Part shown: piece after piece, positions 32,268-34,942 of the stretch
Layout of the letters: every line of letters starts with the position of its first letter
How positions within the stretch are numbered: position 1 is the stretch's first letter
Source: Octopus bimaculoides
Lineage: Eukaryota
DNA: 34,942 nt
NCBI RefSeq assembly: GCF_001194135.2
Contig: NC_069008.1
Span: 7,923,742 to 7,958,683 of the forward strand
Direction of reading: 5' to 3'
The notes under the pieces: generated by a model
The model's input: only the letters and a program-made list of their open reading frames with translations
Told to the model about the DNA's origin: nothing
The model's database searches: none
Position numbers and translations under genes: made by a program

Positions 32268-33043
32268 GAAGACAATCAGCTGGCATTCCTGGACGTATTA
32301 ATAACACGTACCAAGTATGGATTCAGGACGTCCGTATACGGCAAACTGACCTTTCCTGGACGATACCTCAACTTCAATTCCCACCATCCATACAGTGTAA
32401 AGAGAGGGATTGCTCAATGCCTAAAACATCATGCAAAGAATATAAGCAGCGATCGTGATACACACCACGAAGAAATGATCAAGCTCAATAATGATCTGTT
32501 AAGCAACAACTACCCCAAAAGTATACTATCCATTCCAATTATGAAGAGAGAGGATTAGGCCAATAAACTGTCCACAGTCTGTCTACCCTGTGTGAAAGAC
32601 CTCTCCGATAAGATATGCAGCCCACATGACATCAGGACAGTATTCAAGAGTAATACAACACTTTGCAAATATCTCCTTCAAGTAAAACCACCAATAGAAG
32701 AGAATATGACCAAAGACTGCATGTACTCCATCCTATGCAGCTGTGGTAGGTTATAGAAAGGCGAAACATGCTGCCCCTCAAAATAAGGGTAGACAAACAT
32801 CGCAAAGCTGTGACACTAGATGTTGATAAATCGGGTATGGCTGATCTTGTATGGAAAAATGGAGACCACCTCCCCCTGTGGGATGAAGTTAAAATAATAG
32901 ACAGAGAACACCACTGGAAAATACGAAAACTAAAAGAAGCAGCACATATGCTAAGACACAACCTCCTAAGCAGACTGAGTGCAGATATGAGCAGCATATG
33001 GGAACTGGTATTAATGAAGGATAGAAAAATATTAGATTTATAA
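32268..33043 (+). pseudogene. PLE RT C-terminus/linker plus GIY-YIG endonuclease remnant
   Basis: EDNQLAFLDVLITRT...TSVYGKLTFPGRYLNFNSHHPYSVKRGI...; CMYSILCSCGRL*KGET...KEAAH; stops at 32556 and 32754, 1-nt frameshift at about 32775. Confidence 0.92.
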
Positions 33044-33072
33044 GCCCTAAAATTCACTCCATAATTGCTCAC

Positions 33073-33150
33073 GGGCATATGGCATAGTGGTTAAGAGCGC
33101 AGGCTACTATCACCAAGATTCTGAATGTTGATTCCAAGCAGTGACTTGAA
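33073..33150 (+). promoter_or_regulatory. tRNA-like Pol III promoter module inside the PLE 3' terminal region
   Basis: A-box TGGCATAGTGG (33080-33090), D-arm-like GGTTAAGAGCGC, degenerate B-box GTTGATTCC (33127-33135); the minus-arm copy (31653-31696) keeps the A-box but lacks the B-box. Confidence 0.6.
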
Positions 33151-33294
33151 CAATAACAATAATAATAACAACAGAAAAATACCTTAGGAATGAGAATCTA
33201 GGTTCGAAATTTCAGCCAAAACGTGTTAACAACTAACAATATCCGTCTAATGTAAATAATGTACATAATTCCTCATCTCTTAAATACAGAGCTG

Positions 33295-34015
33295 TGGACT
33301 GTTCTTGCTAAGCTGCTATTTCTAGCAGATTGAGCAAGCAGACACAAGCTTCTTTGCTAACTGATGAAGAACTGGGCTGTTCTTGCTAAGCTGCTATTTC
33401 TAGCAAGTCAAGCAAGCAGATACAGGCTTCCTTATTAACTGGTGAAGAACTGGACTGTTCTTGCTAAGCTGCTATTTCTAGCAAGTCAAGCAAGCAGATA
33501 CAGGCTTCCTTGTTAACTGGTGAAGAACTGGACTGTTCTTGCTAAGCTGCTATTTCTAGCAAGTCAAGCAAGCAGATACAGGCTTCCTTGTTAACTGTNN
33601 NNNNNNNNNNNNNNNNNNNNNNNNNNNNNNNNNNNNNNNNNNNNNNNNNNNNNNNNNNNNNNNNNNNNNNNNNNNNNNNNNNNNNNNNNNNNNNNNNNNN
33701 NNNNNNNNNNNNNNNNNNNNNNNNNNNNNNNNNNNNNNNNNNNNNNNNNNNNNNNNNNNNNNNNNNNNNNNNNNNNNNNNNNNNNNNNNNNNNNNNNNNN
33801 NNNNNNNNNCAAGCAGATACAGGCTTCCTTGTTAACTGGTGAAGAACTGGACTGTTCTTGCTAAGCTGCTATTTCTAGCAAGTCAAGCAAGCAGATACAG
33901 GCTTCCTTGTTAACTGGTGAAGAACTGGACTGTTCTTGCTAAGCTGCTATTTCTAGCAAGTCAAGCAAGCAGATACAGGCTTCCTTGTTAACTGTGAAGA
34001 ACTGGGCTGTTCTTG
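33295..34015. repeat. 78-bp tandem repeat array (contains an assembly gap)
   Basis: Unit GAAGAACTGGACTGTTCTTGCTAAGCTGCTATTTCTAGCAAGTCAAGCAAGCAGATACAGGCTTCCTTGTTAACTGGT; period 78 (33841 to 33919); stops in all six frames of the consensus. Confidence 0.95.
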
Positions 34016-34744
34016 TTAGTGTGTTAACAGTAGTAGCAACATTATCAAGTAACTGTAATAATATTAATAATAAGTGAAGTTCTGGTGGTGGTGCTGTTAA
34101 GAGTAGTAATAAAAGCACTTAAGCGATGATTTCACTGCGACAGGCAGCAAATGGTAGGAAGGCAGTGGTGGTGGTGGTGGTGTCATATTTAGAAATGGTG
34201 ATGACGGTGTCGGTGATAACAAGCTGAGTGATTAAAAAGATTACATCGCCAGTTGAAATCATGATGATGGAGAGGCATGTAGGTAGGGCGGGGAGGAGGG
34301 GGCGGGGAATGGCAGCACGGAACCATGTTGATAAACACATCTTAATATCAAGTTGGGGGAATTCTAGTTTACATATATATGTGAGTGTGTGCGTGTGTAT
34401 GCGTGAGGGTGTATACATGTACATATGTATGTATATGCATGCCAAGAGATACTAGGAATTTTGAATTTATCAACACTCATTGAAGTAAATACAAATATAA
34501 CATAACAACATAGTCACACACATACTACAATCGTAGAGATGTATATACATACACAGATGCATGTGTACATACATACTGATGCATAAAAGATATACATACA
34601 CATACATATTCTTATATGAACATGCACATGTTTCATTGTTTGTGCTGCTTCTGCAACTTGTTTATGGTTTCAAAATCTTAGCAGACAGATCTACATATCG
34701 TGCTACCAATTTGATTATATATTATCTATCCAGTCATATTTCCA

Positions 34745-34942
34745 TAGATCTATCTATCTAGTTGTATAGATCTAACTAGTCGTACTTCGATAGATCTAAG
34801 TATCTAGCCGTACTTCTACAGATCTGTTTATCTAGCCAGCCGTACTTCTACAGATCTGTTTATCTAGCCAGCCGTACTTCTACAGATCTGTTTATCTAGC
34901 CAGCCGTACTTCTACAGATCTGTTTATCTAGCCAGCCGTACT
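34745..34942. repeat. 32-bp minisatellite running to the window end
   Basis: Unit TAGCCAGCCGTACTTCTACAGATCTGTTTATC, period 32 (34811 to 34843), preceded by degenerate (TCTA)-rich units. Confidence 0.92.

Larger units (their letters stand above)
31492..33294. mobile_element. Penelope-like element (PLE), 5' truncated, head-to-head inverted structure
   Basis: Minus arm 31492-32262 and plus arm 32268-33294 share the GIY-YIG region and 3' terminal repeat (about 90% identical by my manual comparison); HHR in the minus arm; 12-bp flanking duplication TGGACTGTTCTT. Confidence 0.9.

Noticed and set aside
33073-33150. Functional tRNA gene
   Set aside because: No complete cloverleaf or acceptor stem, degenerate T-loop; the SINE heads are likewise tRNA-derived, not tRNA genes
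33361-33390. CTGATGA-AGAAC-N6-GTTCT in the 78-bp unit as a hammerhead
   Set aside because: No GAAA after the stem, and most units read CTGGTGA
33295-34942. CRISPR-like array
   Set aside because: Eukaryotic context, and units are contiguous with no unique spacers

Overview
AT-rich, microsatellite-dense eukaryotic DNA with five N gaps and no intact host protein-coding gene that I can support. The repeat families look like those of Octopus; this is pattern recognition, not a database match. Almost everything is transposable-element debris: many copies of four or five tRNA-derived SINE families, mariner transposase remnants, hAT, piggyBac, Tc1/mariner and Kolobok-type MITEs, RTE-like LINE fragments, a probable solo LTR and several mini/microsatellites. 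The most interesting signal is self-cleaving RNA, with four different hammerhead ribozyme (HHR) motifs. (1) An intact-looking type I HHR at 30515-30569 sits in a non-coding repeat of about 270-350 nt per unit with retrozyme-like organisation; a second decayed locus lies at 11.3-11.9 kb. (2) A minimal HHR at 31539-31584 (-) lies in an inverted Penelope-like element (RT C-terminus plus GIY-YIG). Its terminal repeat also carries a tRNA-like Pol III module, and it is inserted into a 78-bp tandem array with an apparent 12-bp TSD. (3) A minimal HHR at 6190-6225. (4) A doubly mutated HHR relic at 13450-13487 (-). Most ORFs in the supplied track are low-complexity or repeat artefacts.
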